Shown here piece after piece: positions 1 through 10,595 of a DNA stretch of 64,000 nt. Origin of the DNA: an uncultured Prevotellaceae bacterium (GTDB taxonomy: Bacteria; Bacteroidota; Bacteroidia; Bacteroidales; Bacteroidaceae); the NCBI GenBank assembly GCA_900320435.1, contig ONSH01000007.1, forward strand, positions 5,232 to 69,231, given 5' to 3'. The position numbers were made by a program, and so were the translations under genes. Position 1 is the stretch's first letter. Every line of letters starts with the position of its first letter. Under the pieces are notes generated by a model. The model was given only the letters and a program-made list of their open reading frames with translations. It had not been told where the DNA came from and searched no databases.

Positions 1-9
1 AGCAGAAAA

Positions 10-525
10 GTGGACGAAACAATGGCAAACAAGAAGACAAATAAAGACTTGCAGGCAGAGATTGACGAACTCAATGAACAGTTGCAGCAAAAAACTGCAG
101 AAATTGACGAGTTAAAAGATCAACTGCTGCGCAAAATTGCAGAATTTGACAATTACCGCAAACGCACACTCAAAGAAAAGGCCGAGCTGATTCTTAACGG
201 CGGAGAAAAAACGGTCTCCGCCATACTTCCCGTCGTAGACGACATGGAGCGCGCTTTGGCCGGCATGAGCCAGTTTGAGGATGTGGCTGCAGTAGTAGAA
301 GGCGTTGAGCTGATTTACAAGAAATTTATCGACACGCTTGAGAAGCAAGGAGTCACCCCGATTGAGACAAAAGATGCGGACTTCAATGTGGACCTGCATG
401 AGGCCATCGCCCAAGTGCCGGCACCCACGGAAGATATGAAAGGAAAAATCATTGACTGCACCCAGAAAGGATACAAAATGGGCGACAAAGTAATACGTCA
501 TGCCCAGGTTGTTGTAGGAATGTAA
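10..525 (+). CDS. grpE: GrpE nucleotide-exchange factor; start uncertain, since the frame is open to the window edge and there is an alternative ATG at 22
   Basis: 171-aa ORF with a coiled-coil N-terminal half and a GrpE-like C-terminal domain. It ends 3 nt before dnaJ. Confidence 0.85.
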   Translation: MDETMANKKTNKDLQAEIDELNEQLQQKTAEIDELKDQLLRKIAEFDNYRKRTLKEKAELILNGGEKTVSAILPVVDDMERALAGMSQFEDVAAVVEGVELIYKKFIDTLEKQGVTPIETKDADFNVDLHEAIAQVPAPTEDMKGKIIDCTQKGYKMGDKVIRHAQVVVGM

Positions 526-527
526 CT

Positions 528-1709
528 ATGGCAGAGAAAAGAGATTACTACGAAGTGCTTGGTGTGCCCAAAACCGCCACCGATGCCGAGATAAAGGCCG
601 CCTATAAAAAGATGGCCATTAAGTACCACCCTGACCGTAACCCCGGCAACAAGGAAGCCGAGGAGAAATTCAAGGAGGCGGCAGAGGCATACGACGTGCT
701 TCGCGACAAAGATAAGAGAGCACGCTATGACCAGTTCGGCTTTGCCGGCATGGAAGGCGGCGGAGGCTTTGGAGGCGCTTACGGAGGCGGCATGAACATG
801 GACGACATCTTTTCCATGTTCGGCGATATCTTCGGCGGCCGCATGAGCGGCGGCAGTTTCGGAGGCGGCTTCGGAGACTTTTTCGGCGGCGCGGAAAGCC
901 AGGGGCGCAGAACCCATCAGGGCGGCGACCTCAGAGTGCGCGTCAAACTGACATTGGAGGAAGTTAGCAAAGGAGTCACCAAGAAATTTAAGGTACGCAA
1001 AAAAGTCACCTGTCCCGATTGTAATGGCTCCGGCAGCAAAGACGGCCAAATGAGCACATGTTCGGTATGTCACGGCTCGGGCGTTGTCAATCGCGTCATG
1101 AACACCATGTTCGGCCGCATGCAGAGCCAGAGTCCGTGTACAGCCTGCGGAGGACAGGGAAAAGTCATCAAGAACAAATGTCCCAAATGTCATGGCGAAG
1201 GCATTATTGACGGAGATGAAATCATCGAGGTAAACATCCCTGCCGGCGTTGCTGACGGCATGGTGGTCACCGCTCGCGGCAAAGGCCACGCCGGCGCCAA
1301 CAACGGTATCGCCGGTGACATTCAGGTGTATATCAACGTGGAGCCCCATCCCGAGTTGATTCGCGTTGACAATAACCTTATTTACAATCTCTTGATTGAT
1401 CTTCCGACAGCCACATTGGGCGGAACGGTGGAGATACCTTGCCTAGACGGCCGTGCCAAATTCAAGATTGAACCAGGCACACAACCCGGCAAACAAATCA
1501 GGCTGAGAGGTAAAGGACTGCCGGCTGTACAAGGATACGGATACGGCACGGGAGATCTTATCGTCAACATTTCCGTTTATATCCCCGAACATCTTTCCAA
1601 AGAAGAAAAAGACGCTTTTGAAAAAATGCGGCAGAGTGACAATGTCAAACCCCGCAAGACGGCGTCATCCCAAAGTTTCTTTGACAAATTGAGAAATATG
1701 TTCTCATGA
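528..1709 (+). CDS. dnaJ: DnaJ co-chaperone
   Basis: J-domain HPD motif (KYHPDRNP), a G/F-rich linker, and four CxxCxGxG zinc-finger repeats ([32 protein letters not shown]). Confidence 0.97.
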   Translation: MAEKRDYYEVLGVPKTATDAEIKAAYKKMAIKYHPDRNPGNKEAEEKFKEAAEAYDVLRDKDKRARYDQFGFAGMEGGGGFGGAYGGGMNMDDIFSMFGDIFGGRMSGGSFGGGFGDFFGGAESQGRRTHQGGDLRVRVKLTLEEVSKGVTKKFKVRKKVTCPDCNGSGSKDGQMSTCSVCHGSGVVNRVMNTMFGRMQSQSPCTACGGQGKVIKNKCPKCHGEGIIDGDEIIEVNIPAGVADGMVVTARGKGHAGANNGIAGDIQVYINVEPHPELIRVDNNLIYNLLIDLPTATLGGTVEIPCLDGRAKFKIEPGTQPGKQIRLRGKGLPAVQGYGYGTGDLIVNISVYIPEHLSKEEKDAFEKMRQSDNVKPRKTASSQSFFDKLRNMFS

Positions 1710-2953
1710 CCTACGAAGAAACTATAGACTACTTGTTCAACATCGCCCCGTTGTTTCAGAACATCGGGGCCGGTGCTTATAAAGAAGGCCTTGACAACAG
1801 CCTGAAACTGGACGAACATTTCGGGCATCCGCACAAGGCCTATAAATGCATACATGTAGGCGGCACCAACGGAAAAGGCAGCGTATCACACACTCTGGCG
1901 GCAATACTGCAAAGCGCCGGCTATCGCGTAGGCCTTTACACCAGTCCTCACCTGACAGACTTCAGGGAACGGATTAAGGTAAACGGTGAAATGATCCCCA
2001 AGGAGCGTGTCATTCGATTTGTTGAAGAAGAGCGTGAATTCTTTGAGCCGCTCCACCCGTCGTTTTTTGAGTTGACCACCGCCCTTGCTTTAAAATACTT
2101 TCAAGAGGAAGGAGTTGATTGGGCCGTGATAGAAGTGGGTCTTGGCGGGCGCCTTGATTGCACCAACATCATTACACCCAAATTAGCCATAATAACCAAC
2201 ATCAGCAAAGACCACACCCAATTTCTGGGTGACACACTCACAAAAATAGCTTCGGAAAAAGCCGGCATCATGAAACCTCATGTGCCCACTCTTATCGGAG
2301 AAGCTGCGGACAGGAATGTTCGTGAAGTGTTTATCAACCGATCCATCAAGATAGGCAGTGCGCTGCATTTTGCAGAAGAAGAGTACTTCCCCTATACAGA
2401 AGGAGAATTAAAAGGCGCCTATCAAGAGAAAAACCAGCAAACCATTCGTGCTGCGGCATCCTTGCTAAAACTGGACCGCAAATTCGTAGAATACGGGCTT
2501 CAACACGTTATTGAGTTGACGGGACTAAAGGGGCGTTGGCAGATTATCTGCGATGCACCGCTGACGATTTGCGACACAGGACACAATCCTGGCGCCTGGC
2601 AATATCTCGGACCTCAACTAAAAACTTTAGTAGAGAACAAGAAACACACTCATAATCAAAATGTAACGCTCCACATGGTTATCGGGATGGTGTCAGACAA
2701 AGACATCCGTTCCGTGTTGAGCATGATGCCACATGAGGCCCGATACTACTTCACACAGGCCAGCGTCCATCGCGCGATGCCGGCAGAAGACATCGCCGCA
2801 CTGGGCCGGGAAGCCCAACTCGAAGGAAGCGTTTATCCCACCGTCACAGAAGCATTTGCAGCAGCGCGCACCAACGCTAAAAGCAATGATGTCATTTTTA
2901 TTGGCGGCAGCACCTTTGTTGTAGCTGATTTTCTTAAAAACAACAAAAACTGA
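1706..2953 (+). CDS. folC: Folylpolyglutamate synthase / dihydrofolate synthase (Mur-ligase family)
   Basis: GGTNGKGS P-loop and Mur-ligase layout. Its start overlaps the dnaJ stop in ATGA. Confidence 0.85.
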   Translation: MTYEETIDYLFNIAPLFQNIGAGAYKEGLDNSLKLDEHFGHPHKAYKCIHVGGTNGKGSVSHTLAAILQSAGYRVGLYTSPHLTDFRERIKVNGEMIPKERVIRFVEEEREFFEPLHPSFFELTTALALKYFQEEGVDWAVIEVGLGGRLDCTNIITPKLAIITNISKDHTQFLGDTLTKIASEKAGIMKPHVPTLIGEAADRNVREVFINRSIKIGSALHFAEEEYFPYTEGELKGAYQEKNQQTIRAAASLLKLDRKFVEYGLQHVIELTGLKGRWQIICDAPLTICDTGHNPGAWQYLGPQLKTLVENKKHTHNQNVTLHMVIGMVSDKDIRSVLSMMPHEARYYFTQASVHRAMPAEDIAALGREAQLEGSVYPTVTEAFAAARTNAKSNDVIFIGGSTFVVADFLKNNKN

Positions 2954-3017
2954 TATTTTTTCAACCTGTTTCCCTAAAAATTTGGAAAAAAAGTTTGTAC
3001 ACGTCCAAATTATTTTG

Positions 3018-3025
3018 TAAATTTG
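3018..3025 (+). promoter_or_regulatory. Bacteroidota -7 promoter box TAAATTTG upstream of galM
   Basis: Exact TAnnTTTG match 54 nt upstream of ATG 3079. Confidence 0.45.
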
Positions 3026-3078
3026 ACGCGAATTTCAGTCTAAAAGACTCAGATAACAAACTTAATTTCTAAATATCT

Positions 3079-4158
3079 ATGGAGAAACAACTCATTTCCG
3101 GCTTGAAGAGAAAGGATTTCCAGGCCATCGTACAGGGCAAACAAACGGATTTGTTCACACTGGTCAACGATAATGGCATGGAGGTAAGTATTACCAACTA
3201 TGGTGGTGCGCTTGTCAGCATCATGGTTCCCGACCGCCAGGGCAATATGGCCAACGTTGTTCAGGGCCACGACAGCATTAAGGGCGTAATGGAATCCCCC
3301 GAGCCTTTCCTTTCGACCCTGATTGGCCGCTACGGCAACCGTATTTGCAAGGGCAAATTCACCATGAACGGAAAAGAATACAGCCTGGCAATCAACAACG
3401 GCCCCAACTCCCTGCATGGAGGCCCTACCGGTTGTCATGCGCGCGTTTGGGATGCTGAGCAGGTCAACGGCCAGGAACTCGTACTGCGTTATGTGTTTGC
3501 TTACTACGAAGAAGGATTCCCCGGTGAGGTGCATATGACCGTGAAATACAGTCTCACCAATGACAACGAACTGGTCATCGATTATCGCGGCACCACCAAC
3601 AAGAAGACCGTCATCAACATGACCAACCACGGTTTCTTCTCTCTTACAGGTATCGGCAACCCCACCCCGGACCAGATGGACTGTCTGTTGCAGATCAACG
3701 CAGACTTCTTCATCCCCATCGATGAAACCTCAATTCCCACCGGCGAGATTCTTAAAGTTGAAGGAACACCCTTCGATTTCCGCAAAGCAAAGCCTATCGG
3801 CAAGGATATTGATGCCAAGGACGTTCAGATTAAGAACGGTGCAGGATACGACCACTGCTTTGTGTTGAACAAGCGTGAGCCCGGAGAGCTTTCTCTGGCC
3901 TGCATCATGACCGACCCCAAGAGCGGCCGTACCCTTGAGACATGGACTACGGAGCCCGGTGTACAGTTCTACTCGGACAACTGGGCCACCGGCTATCCTA
4001 TCCAGTGCGGATGCACTGCACCCCGACGCAGCGGCATGTGCTTTGAGGCTCAGCATTTCCCCGACTCCCCCAACCGTCCTTACTTCCCCTCCGTTCAAAT
4101 TAAGCCCGGAGAGGTTTACACTCAAAAAACCGTATATAAATTCGGAGTTGTTGAATAA
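3079..4158 (+). CDS. galM: Aldose 1-epimerase (galactose mutarotase), cytoplasmic form
   Basis: 359 aa with mutarotase-family motifs (GRYGNRI, SLHGG, NMTNHGFF, FCFEAQHFPDSPN). Confidence 0.85.
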   Translation: MEKQLISGLKRKDFQAIVQGKQTDLFTLVNDNGMEVSITNYGGALVSIMVPDRQGNMANVVQGHDSIKGVMESPEPFLSTLIGRYGNRICKGKFTMNGKEYSLAINNGPNSLHGGPTGCHARVWDAEQVNGQELVLRYVFAYYEEGFPGEVHMTVKYSLTNDNELVIDYRGTTNKKTVINMTNHGFFSLTGIGNPTPDQMDCLLQINADFFIPIDETSIPTGEILKVEGTPFDFRKAKPIGKDIDAKDVQIKNGAGYDHCFVLNKREPGELSLACIMTDPKSGRTLETWTTEPGVQFYSDNWATGYPIQCGCTAPRRSGMCFEAQHFPDSPNRPYFPSVQIKPGEVYTQKTVYKFGVVE

Positions 4159-4202
4159 ACCGTCAATCAATAATAATAATTAACCGCTTAGACAATAATA
4201 CT

Positions 4203-5429
4203 ATGTCACAAAAACAAACTCCGAACTATACGTTCGCTTTGATTATCGTCATCGCTGTTTGTTTCCTCATTGGTTTCGTTACCACGATGAACAATTCGAT
4301 GATTGAATCTCTGAAATACGCTTTCAATTTGGATGATGCCCAAGGCAACCTCGTTAACACCGCGTTTTACGGAGCCTATTGCCTTTCCATTCCGTTTGCC
4401 CTGATGATGAGCAAAATCGGCTATAAATCCACTCTGGTCTTGGGTCTCGTAGTCGTTGCCTGCGGCTTTGTCGCAAACTATTTCGGCTTGACCAGCGGCA
4501 GCGCCAACCTGTACAACATTTTCCTGGGCTGCATGTTTATTGTTGCCATGGGTGTTGTAATGCTTCAGTTGGTTGCCAACCCTTATGTTATGGTACTGGG
4601 TGCTCCTGAAAGCGGCGCTTTTCGCATGACGCTTTCTCAGGCGTTGAACAGCGTCGCAACAACGGTTGCTCCCATTTTCATCACCAGTATCATTTTGGGC
4701 AAAGAAACCAGCCAGGCTACACCCAGCGATATCCCTATGCCTTTCCTCGGATTGGGTATTTTCACCTTGGTTCTGGCCATTATTCTTTTCTTCCTCAAAT
4801 TGCCCAATATTGACGAAGGAGCTCAGGCCGAAGAATTCAGCGGCGAACAAAAACAGTGGAAATCCAGCGCGTTCAAATACCCTCATGTATGGTTTGGCGC
4901 CCTGGGTATATTTATGTATATGGGATTGGAGATTGGCATCCCCTCGATGCTCCCCGCTTATTGGAAAAGCGCTGAGGCTGCAGGCGATCCTCTTCCCGGC
5001 AGCGCAACTGCATTTCTGCCCTTCTACTGGGGCGGCATGATGGTAGGCCGATTTGTCGGTGCAGCCATCCTCTCCAAGTTTGAGCCCCGCAAGCTTCTCT
5101 CGTTCTGCTTAATCATGGGCGCCATCTGCGTGGGCAGCAGTTTCTACCTGCCCGGTATGATTGGTGTGTACGCCATGTTGGCTGCCGGTTTGTTCCACAG
5201 CGTCATGTGGCCTCTTATTTTCAACCTTGGCCTGCAGGAGCTCGGTCCCAACACGAAAACTGCTTCCGGTTTGATTAATATGGGTGTGCTCGGTGGTGCC
5301 ACTCTTCCCGTAATCATGGCTCTGCTGATTCCGAGCTACGGCGTCGGCGTTGCCATTTGCATGATGTTCGTATACTATGCTTATGTACTCTGGTTTACCG
5401 TGAAGGGTTGCAGGGTCGGACTTGATTAA
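4203..5429 (+). CDS. MFS sugar transporter (glucose/galactose or fucose permease family)
   Basis: 408 aa, about 12 hydrophobic helices, FucP/GluP-like N-terminus. It lies between galM and galK. Confidence 0.8.
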   Translation: MSQKQTPNYTFALIIVIAVCFLIGFVTTMNNSMIESLKYAFNLDDAQGNLVNTAFYGAYCLSIPFALMMSKIGYKSTLVLGLVVVACGFVANYFGLTSGSANLYNIFLGCMFIVAMGVVMLQLVANPYVMVLGAPESGAFRMTLSQALNSVATTVAPIFITSIILGKETSQATPSDIPMPFLGLGIFTLVLAIILFFLKLPNIDEGAQAEEFSGEQKQWKSSAFKYPHVWFGALGIFMYMGLEIGIPSMLPAYWKSAEAAGDPLPGSATAFLPFYWGGMMVGRFVGAAILSKFEPRKLLSFCLIMGAICVGSSFYLPGMIGVYAMLAAGLFHSVMWPLIFNLGLQELGPNTKTASGLINMGVLGGATLPVIMALLIPSYGVGVAICMMFVYYAYVLWFTVKGCRVGLD

Positions 5430-5472
5430 TTTTTTTTATAAAATACAATACAAACCAAAAATATTTAATGCT

Positions 5473-6633
5473 ATGAGATTAACTATTGATGATGTTCGCA
5501 GTCGCTTTATCAAGCATTTTGATGGAACAACCGGCAGTGTATATGCCTCGCCCGGTCGTATCAATCTCATCGGAGAGCATACCGACTACAACAACGGTTT
5601 CGTTTTCCCCGGCGCCGTTCAGCAGGGTATGATTGCTGAGATTAAGCCCAACGGCACGCGCAACGTGAACGCCTACTCCATCGACTTAAAAGACAAAGTG
5701 ACCTTCTCTTTGGACGATCCCGAAGGTCCTTCTGCCACATGGGCACGCTACATCTTCGGCGTATGTCGTGAGATGATGGCATTAGGCGTACCTGTGGAAG
5801 GCTTTAATACTGCATTTGCCGGTGATGTGCCTCTCGGTGCCGGCATGTCTTCAAGCGCAGCCCTCGAAAGTTGCTTTGCATTTGCATGCAACGATCTTTG
5901 GGGCAACAACAAAATTGAGAAAATGGAATTGGCGCGTGTGGGCCAGCGCACGGAGCACAAGTACATCGGTTGCAACTGCGGCATCATGGACCAGTTTGCC
6001 AGCGTGTTCGGCAAAGCCGGAAGTCTCATGCGCTTGGACTGCCGTTCCGGCGAGTTTGCTTACTTCCCCTGGAACCCCAAGGGCTACAAGCTCGTCCTGG
6101 TTAACTCTTGCGTAAAGCATCAGTTGGCAGGTTCTCCCTACAATGAGCGCCGTCTCTCATGTGAGCGTGTCGCTGCAGTCATTGCCAAACACCACAGCGA
6201 AGTTGAAACCCTTCGTGATGCCAACTACGACTATCTTGAAGAAGTCAAGTCCGAGGTGAGCGAAGAGGACTACAAGCGCGCCAAGTATGTCATCGGTGAA
6301 GTTGACCGCGTACTCAAAGTCTGCGACGCTTTGGAGAAAGGCGACTATGAGACTGTCGGCCAAATGATGTATGCAACACACTACGGTTTGTCTAAAGAAT
6401 ATGAAGTCAGCTGCGAAGAGCTTGACTTCCTCAATGATGTGGCCAAAGACTGTGGCGTAACCGGCAGCCGTATCATGGGCGGCGGCTTTGGCGGTTGCAC
6501 AATCAACCTCGTCAGCAACGAATTGTATGACAACTTCGTCAAGACTGCCAAGGAAAAATTCCAGGCCAAGTATGGTAAGGAGCCCATTATTATCGATGTT
6601 GTCATTGGCGACGGCAGCCGTAAACTTTGCTAA
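5473..6633 (+). CDS. galK: Galactokinase
   Basis: Galactokinase signature GRINLIGEHTDYNNGFV and GHMP motif PLGAGMSSSAALE. Start moved to the in-frame ATG at 5473 (MRLTIDD); the track ORF begins at 5422 inside the upstream gene. Confidence 0.95.
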   Translation: MRLTIDDVRSRFIKHFDGTTGSVYASPGRINLIGEHTDYNNGFVFPGAVQQGMIAEIKPNGTRNVNAYSIDLKDKVTFSLDDPEGPSATWARYIFGVCREMMALGVPVEGFNTAFAGDVPLGAGMSSSAALESCFAFACNDLWGNNKIEKMELARVGQRTEHKYIGCNCGIMDQFASVFGKAGSLMRLDCRSGEFAYFPWNPKGYKLVLVNSCVKHQLAGSPYNERRLSCERVAAVIAKHHSEVETLRDANYDYLEEVKSEVSEEDYKRAKYVIGEVDRVLKVCDALEKGDYETVGQMMYATHYGLSKEYEVSCEELDFLNDVAKDCGVTGSRIMGGGFGGCTINLVSNELYDNFVKTAKEKFQAKYGKEPIIIDVVIGDGSRKLC

Positions 6634-6652
6634 TAATATAGAAATAGGTATT

Positions 6653-7885
6653 ATGAAAAAATTTCTGTATGCAGCAACCATAGCCTCAACGGCATTGATT
6701 GCCAGTTGCTGCGGAAGCAAAGATGCAGGAAACGGCAGCGAGTTAACTTTGTCCGGCATCAATCCTGCCGATTACGACACCACCATATGCGTGGGTTATG
6801 ACTTCGAAAGCTCCAAGTTTGTTCCCATAGCTGAGGATGCAAAGCCGGTAAAGCTTTACACACTCAAGAATAAGAACGGAATGGAAGTCTGCATCACCAA
6901 TTTCGGCGGTCGCGTAGTGTCTATCATGGTTCCCGACAAAGAAGGCAAGATGGTGGACGTTTGCTGCGGATTCGACAAAGTGGAGAACTACTTCCCTTGG
7001 AACTATGAGACTGACTTCGGCTGTTCTGTTGGCCGCTACGCCAACAGAATCGACGGTGGCACATTCACACTGCCCGAAGGCGGCGATCCCATTGTTTTGG
7101 ACAAGAACAACAACGGTCACGCCTCCCTCCACGGAGGATTCACCGGATGGCAGTATATTGTCTACGATGTTGAGGAAGCTACAGAGCAGTCTCTCATTTT
7201 GTCGCACGTCTCTCCTGACGGTGACAACAAGTTCCCCGCAGAAGTGAAAGTTACGGTTAAATTTGAGCTCACGGATGACAACGCACTCGCCATCAATTTT
7301 GACGGCGTTGCAGATGCACCCACCGTGCTCAACATGACCAACCACACCTACTTCAATCTGTCCGGTGATCTTAACAACACCATCGACGAGAGCATCTTGT
7401 GGGTGAATGCCGACAACTACACTCCTGCCGACGAATGGTACATTCCCACCGGTGAGATTCGTCCTGTAGAAGGCACCGCCTTTGATTTCCGTCAGCCCAA
7501 AGCCATTGGCACCAATTTCGGTGACAAGAATCCCGAGCTCGAGGCTGCCGGTGGCGGTTACGACCACAACTGGTGTCTCAACACCAAGGGCAATCAGGAC
7601 GAGATTTGTGTTACAATGACAGATCCCCGTAGCGGCATACGTTTGGATGTTTATACCAACGAGCCCGGTATCCAGTGCTACACAGCCAATTTCCAGGACG
7701 GCACCCGTCCCGGTAAAGGTGGCATTATGTACCAAAAGCATTGTGCAATTTGCTTAGAGAGCCAGAAATTCCCCGACTCTCCCAACAAGTATGCATTGCC
7801 CGGATGGGAACTCAGCTCACCCTTCATTTCCCCGATGAAGCCCTATCACAGCTATCTGAAGTACGCTTTTTCTGTAGAGAAATAA
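6653..7885 (+). CDS. Lipoprotein-type aldose 1-epimerase family protein
   Basis: In-frame ATG at 6653 gives MKKFLYAATIASTALIASCCG (lipoprotein signal plus Cys). Mutarotase motifs are present (GRYANRI, SLHGG, NMTNHTYFNLSG, CLESQKFPDSPN). Confidence 0.8.
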   Translation: MKKFLYAATIASTALIASCCGSKDAGNGSELTLSGINPADYDTTICVGYDFESSKFVPIAEDAKPVKLYTLKNKNGMEVCITNFGGRVVSIMVPDKEGKMVDVCCGFDKVENYFPWNYETDFGCSVGRYANRIDGGTFTLPEGGDPIVLDKNNNGHASLHGGFTGWQYIVYDVEEATEQSLILSHVSPDGDNKFPAEVKVTVKFELTDDNALAINFDGVADAPTVLNMTNHTYFNLSGDLNNTIDESILWVNADNYTPADEWYIPTGEIRPVEGTAFDFRQPKAIGTNFGDKNPELEAAGGGYDHNWCLNTKGNQDEICVTMTDPRSGIRLDVYTNEPGIQCYTANFQDGTRPGKGGIMYQKHCAICLESQKFPDSPNKYALPGWELSSPFISPMKPYHSYLKYAFSVEK

Positions 7886-7912
7886 ATTTAATAACACTAA
7901 CAAGCAAAAACT

Positions 7913-9640
7913 ATGAATTGGTTTTCACAAGATTTCATTTGGCTTGACTGGGTGGTTTTGACCGTAGGTCTCCTCTTGGTTGTAGGAGCCGTATGGCGCT
8001 CTATTGTCAAGGACAAGCAGGCGCAAAAGGGAGAAGACTCATCCGCCTACCTTTTCGGTAAGGGCGAGCCCTGGTATGTAATCGGTATGGCTATCTTCGC
8101 TGCCAATATCGGATCCGAGCATCTGGTCGGCCTTGCCGGCACTGGTGCCAAGAGTGGTGTCGGCATGGCACATTGGGAGATGCAGGGATGGATGATCCTC
8201 ATCCTCGGCTGGCTCTTTGTACCCTTCTATCAGTTGATGATCAACAAAATGGGCAAGATCATTACCATGCCCGACTTCTTGAAGTTCCGCTACACAAAGG
8301 CCACGGGAAGCTGGTTGTCAATCATCACCCTGGTTGCTTACGTGCTTACGAAAGTCAGCGTGACGGCTTTGACTGGCGGCGTATTCTTTAAGTATCTGTG
8401 GGGTCTCAATTTCTGGGCCGGCGCTATCGGACTGATCTTTATCACCGCTGTGTTTACCGTATTCGGCGGCATGAAGGGTGTGATGACGCTCTCCACCATC
8501 CAGACACCTATCCTGATCATTGGTTCGTTCCTGGTGTTCTTCCTCGGCCTTTCCGCTCTCGGTGCCGGTGAAGGTATTGCTGCAGGCTGGTCTAACATGA
8601 TGGAATACTGCGGCCAGCTTAACAACGGCTACGGCACCACGCACATGTTCCATTGGGAAGAAGGAGACGGTATGTATAAGGAATATCCCGGCTTTGTGGT
8701 GTTCATCGGCGCCTCTATTATCGGTTTCTGGTATTGGTGCACCGACCAGCACATCGTTCAGCGTGTATTGGGTCAGGTTCCCGGTGAGAGCAACGAAGAG
8801 GTGATGAAGCGTGCTCGTCGTGGCACCATCGCTGCCGGTTTCTTCAAGATTCTCCCCTGCTTCATGTTCTTGATTCCCGGTATGATTTGCGCAGCCTTGG
8901 CTGCTCGCGGCGACGTTCAGCTGGAAGACACCGACTCCGCATTTGCCATCATGGTGAAGACGGTGTTGCCCGCAGGCATCAAGGGCATTGTGACCATCGG
9001 TTTCGTTTGCGCCCTTGTTGCTTCTCTGGCTGCATTCTTCAACAGCTGTGCCACTCTGTTCACTGAGGACTTCTACAAGCCCATGAAACAGGGCATGACG
9101 GAGGAGCATTACGTGCTGGTTGGCCGTATTGCCACCGTAGTGGTTGTTATCCTCGGCTTCGCCTGGTTGCCCATCATGATGTCTTTGGGTTCTCTCTATG
9201 ACTACCTGCAGGGCATTCAGTCATTGCTGGCTCCCACCATGGTTGCCGTCTTTGCCCTTGGTATTTTCTCCAAGAAGATTACGCCCAAGGCCGGTGAGTG
9301 GACCATGATTGTCGGCTTCGTTATCGGCATGGTTCGTTTGGCCACCAACGTCATCACAGACACCGGCAAGGCTGTCATGGAAGGTGCGTTTTGGGAAAAC
9401 ACAACTTGGTTCTGGCAGACCAACTGGCTGGTGTTTGAAATCTGGCTGTTGATCTTCCTGCTGGCCTTCATGGTTGTGGTTTCCTGCTTCACTCCCGCTC
9501 CCACACAGGAGCAGGTGGACGCCATCACCTTCACAAGCGATTTCAAGAAGAGCATTGCCAAGAGTTGGGGTGCATTCGATATCATCGGTTCGCTGATTGT
9601 TGTCGGCCTGTGCGCACTCTTCTACTGGTACTTCTGGTAA
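7913..9640 (+). CDS. Sodium:solute symporter family (SSF/SGLT-like) sugar transporter
   Basis: 575 aa, polytopic, with an SSF-like N-terminal region (GSEHLVGLAGTGA). Confidence 0.8.
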   Translation: MNWFSQDFIWLDWVVLTVGLLLVVGAVWRSIVKDKQAQKGEDSSAYLFGKGEPWYVIGMAIFAANIGSEHLVGLAGTGAKSGVGMAHWEMQGWMILILGWLFVPFYQLMINKMGKIITMPDFLKFRYTKATGSWLSIITLVAYVLTKVSVTALTGGVFFKYLWGLNFWAGAIGLIFITAVFTVFGGMKGVMTLSTIQTPILIIGSFLVFFLGLSALGAGEGIAAGWSNMMEYCGQLNNGYGTTHMFHWEEGDGMYKEYPGFVVFIGASIIGFWYWCTDQHIVQRVLGQVPGESNEEVMKRARRGTIAAGFFKILPCFMFLIPGMICAALAARGDVQLEDTDSAFAIMVKTVLPAGIKGIVTIGFVCALVASLAAFFNSCATLFTEDFYKPMKQGMTEEHYVLVGRIATVVVVILGFAWLPIMMSLGSLYDYLQGIQSLLAPTMVAVFALGIFSKKITPKAGEWTMIVGFVIGMVRLATNVITDTGKAVMEGAFWENTTWFWQTNWLVFEIWLLIFLLAFMVVVSCFTPAPTQEQVDAITFTSDFKKSIAKSWGAFDIIGSLIVVGLCALFYWYFW

Positions 9641-9649
9641 ATATTGTCA

Positions 9650-9682
9650 ATATCCCGATGGGGCACCACCCCATCGGGATAT
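9650..9682 (+). terminator. Perfect 14-bp stem / 5-nt loop hairpin after the symporter gene
   Basis: atatcccgatgggg-cacca-ccccatcgggatat read directly from the sequence. There is no U-tract, which is common in Bacteroidota. Confidence 0.5.
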
Positions 9683-9852
9683 TACCACCTTATATAAAAT
9701 AAATAAACAAAACAACCACCACCACGAAAAAACCTTTAGTGCGTCATCCGATGCCCTAACCTGAATTGGAAATCAACTGCTGACTGTACCAGTCGGCATC
9801 CGCATATAAAACAAACATAAAATTATAAAAAACAACATAAAATATCAATCTT

Positions 9853-10563
9853 ATGCTCGAAGAACTTAAACAAAAAGTATTTAAAGCCAACCTTGATCTT
9901 GTCAAGCAGGGTTTGGTGATTTTTACCTGGGGCAACGTCAGCGGCATCGATCGCGAAAAGGGTCTTGTTGTCATCAAGCCCAGCGGTGTATCCTATGACG
10001 ACATGAAAGTCAGCGATATGGTCGTTGTTGACCTTAACACCGGCAAAGTGGTGGAAGGCGATTTGAATCCTTCCAGCGACACCCCCACTCACCTTGTGCT
10101 CTACAAGGCATTCCCCAATATTCAGGGCGTCGTTCATACACACTCCACTTATGCTACGGCTTTTGCTCAGGCCGGACAGGACATCCCCAACATCGGCACC
10201 ACGCATGCGGATTACTTCTACAAAGCCATCCCCTGCACCCGCGATATGACCAAGGAGGAAGTGGAAGGCGAATACGAATTGGAGACCGGCAACGTCATTG
10301 TTGACGAGATTCTCAATATTCGTAAGATTAATCCCGATCACACACCTGCCGTTTTGGTTAAGAACCACGGTCCCTTCTCATGGGGCACCTCTCCCGACAA
10401 TGCCGTGTACAACGCCAAGGTGATGGAGCAGGTGGCCAAGATGGCCTTCATCTCCTTCTCTGTAAATCCTCTCACCACGATGAATCCGTTGCTGGTTGAG
10501 AAGCACTACAACCGCAAGCACGGTCCCAACGCCTACTACGGACAAAAAGGTCAGAAACATTAA
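9853..10563 (+). CDS. araD: L-ribulose-5-phosphate 4-epimerase
   Basis: 236 aa, class II aldolase/adducin fold motifs ([23 protein letters not shown]). It lies next to araA. Confidence 0.9.
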   Translation: MLEELKQKVFKANLDLVKQGLVIFTWGNVSGIDREKGLVVIKPSGVSYDDMKVSDMVVVDLNTGKVVEGDLNPSSDTPTHLVLYKAFPNIQGVVHTHSTYATAFAQAGQDIPNIGTTHADYFYKAIPCTRDMTKEEVEGEYELETGNVIVDEILNIRKINPDHTPAVLVKNHGPFSWGTSPDNAVYNAKVMEQVAKMAFISFSVNPLTTMNPLLVEKHYNRKHGPNAYYGQKGQKH

Positions 10564-10595
10564 ATCATTATTAACCTTATAAAATTATAACTATT

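Noticed and set aside
6488-6652. N-terminal extensions of track ORFs (6488 for the second mutarotase, 5422 for galK, 23345 for the TPR protein, 23779 for def, 39515 for the OMP, 39401 for fbp, 31813 for msrA, 26009 for sugE)
   Set aside because: The extensions overlap upstream genes or repeats. They lack signal or consensus N-termini, and internal ATG/GTG starts give canonical N-termini, often with 4-nt start/stop coupling or a -7 box at the proper distance.
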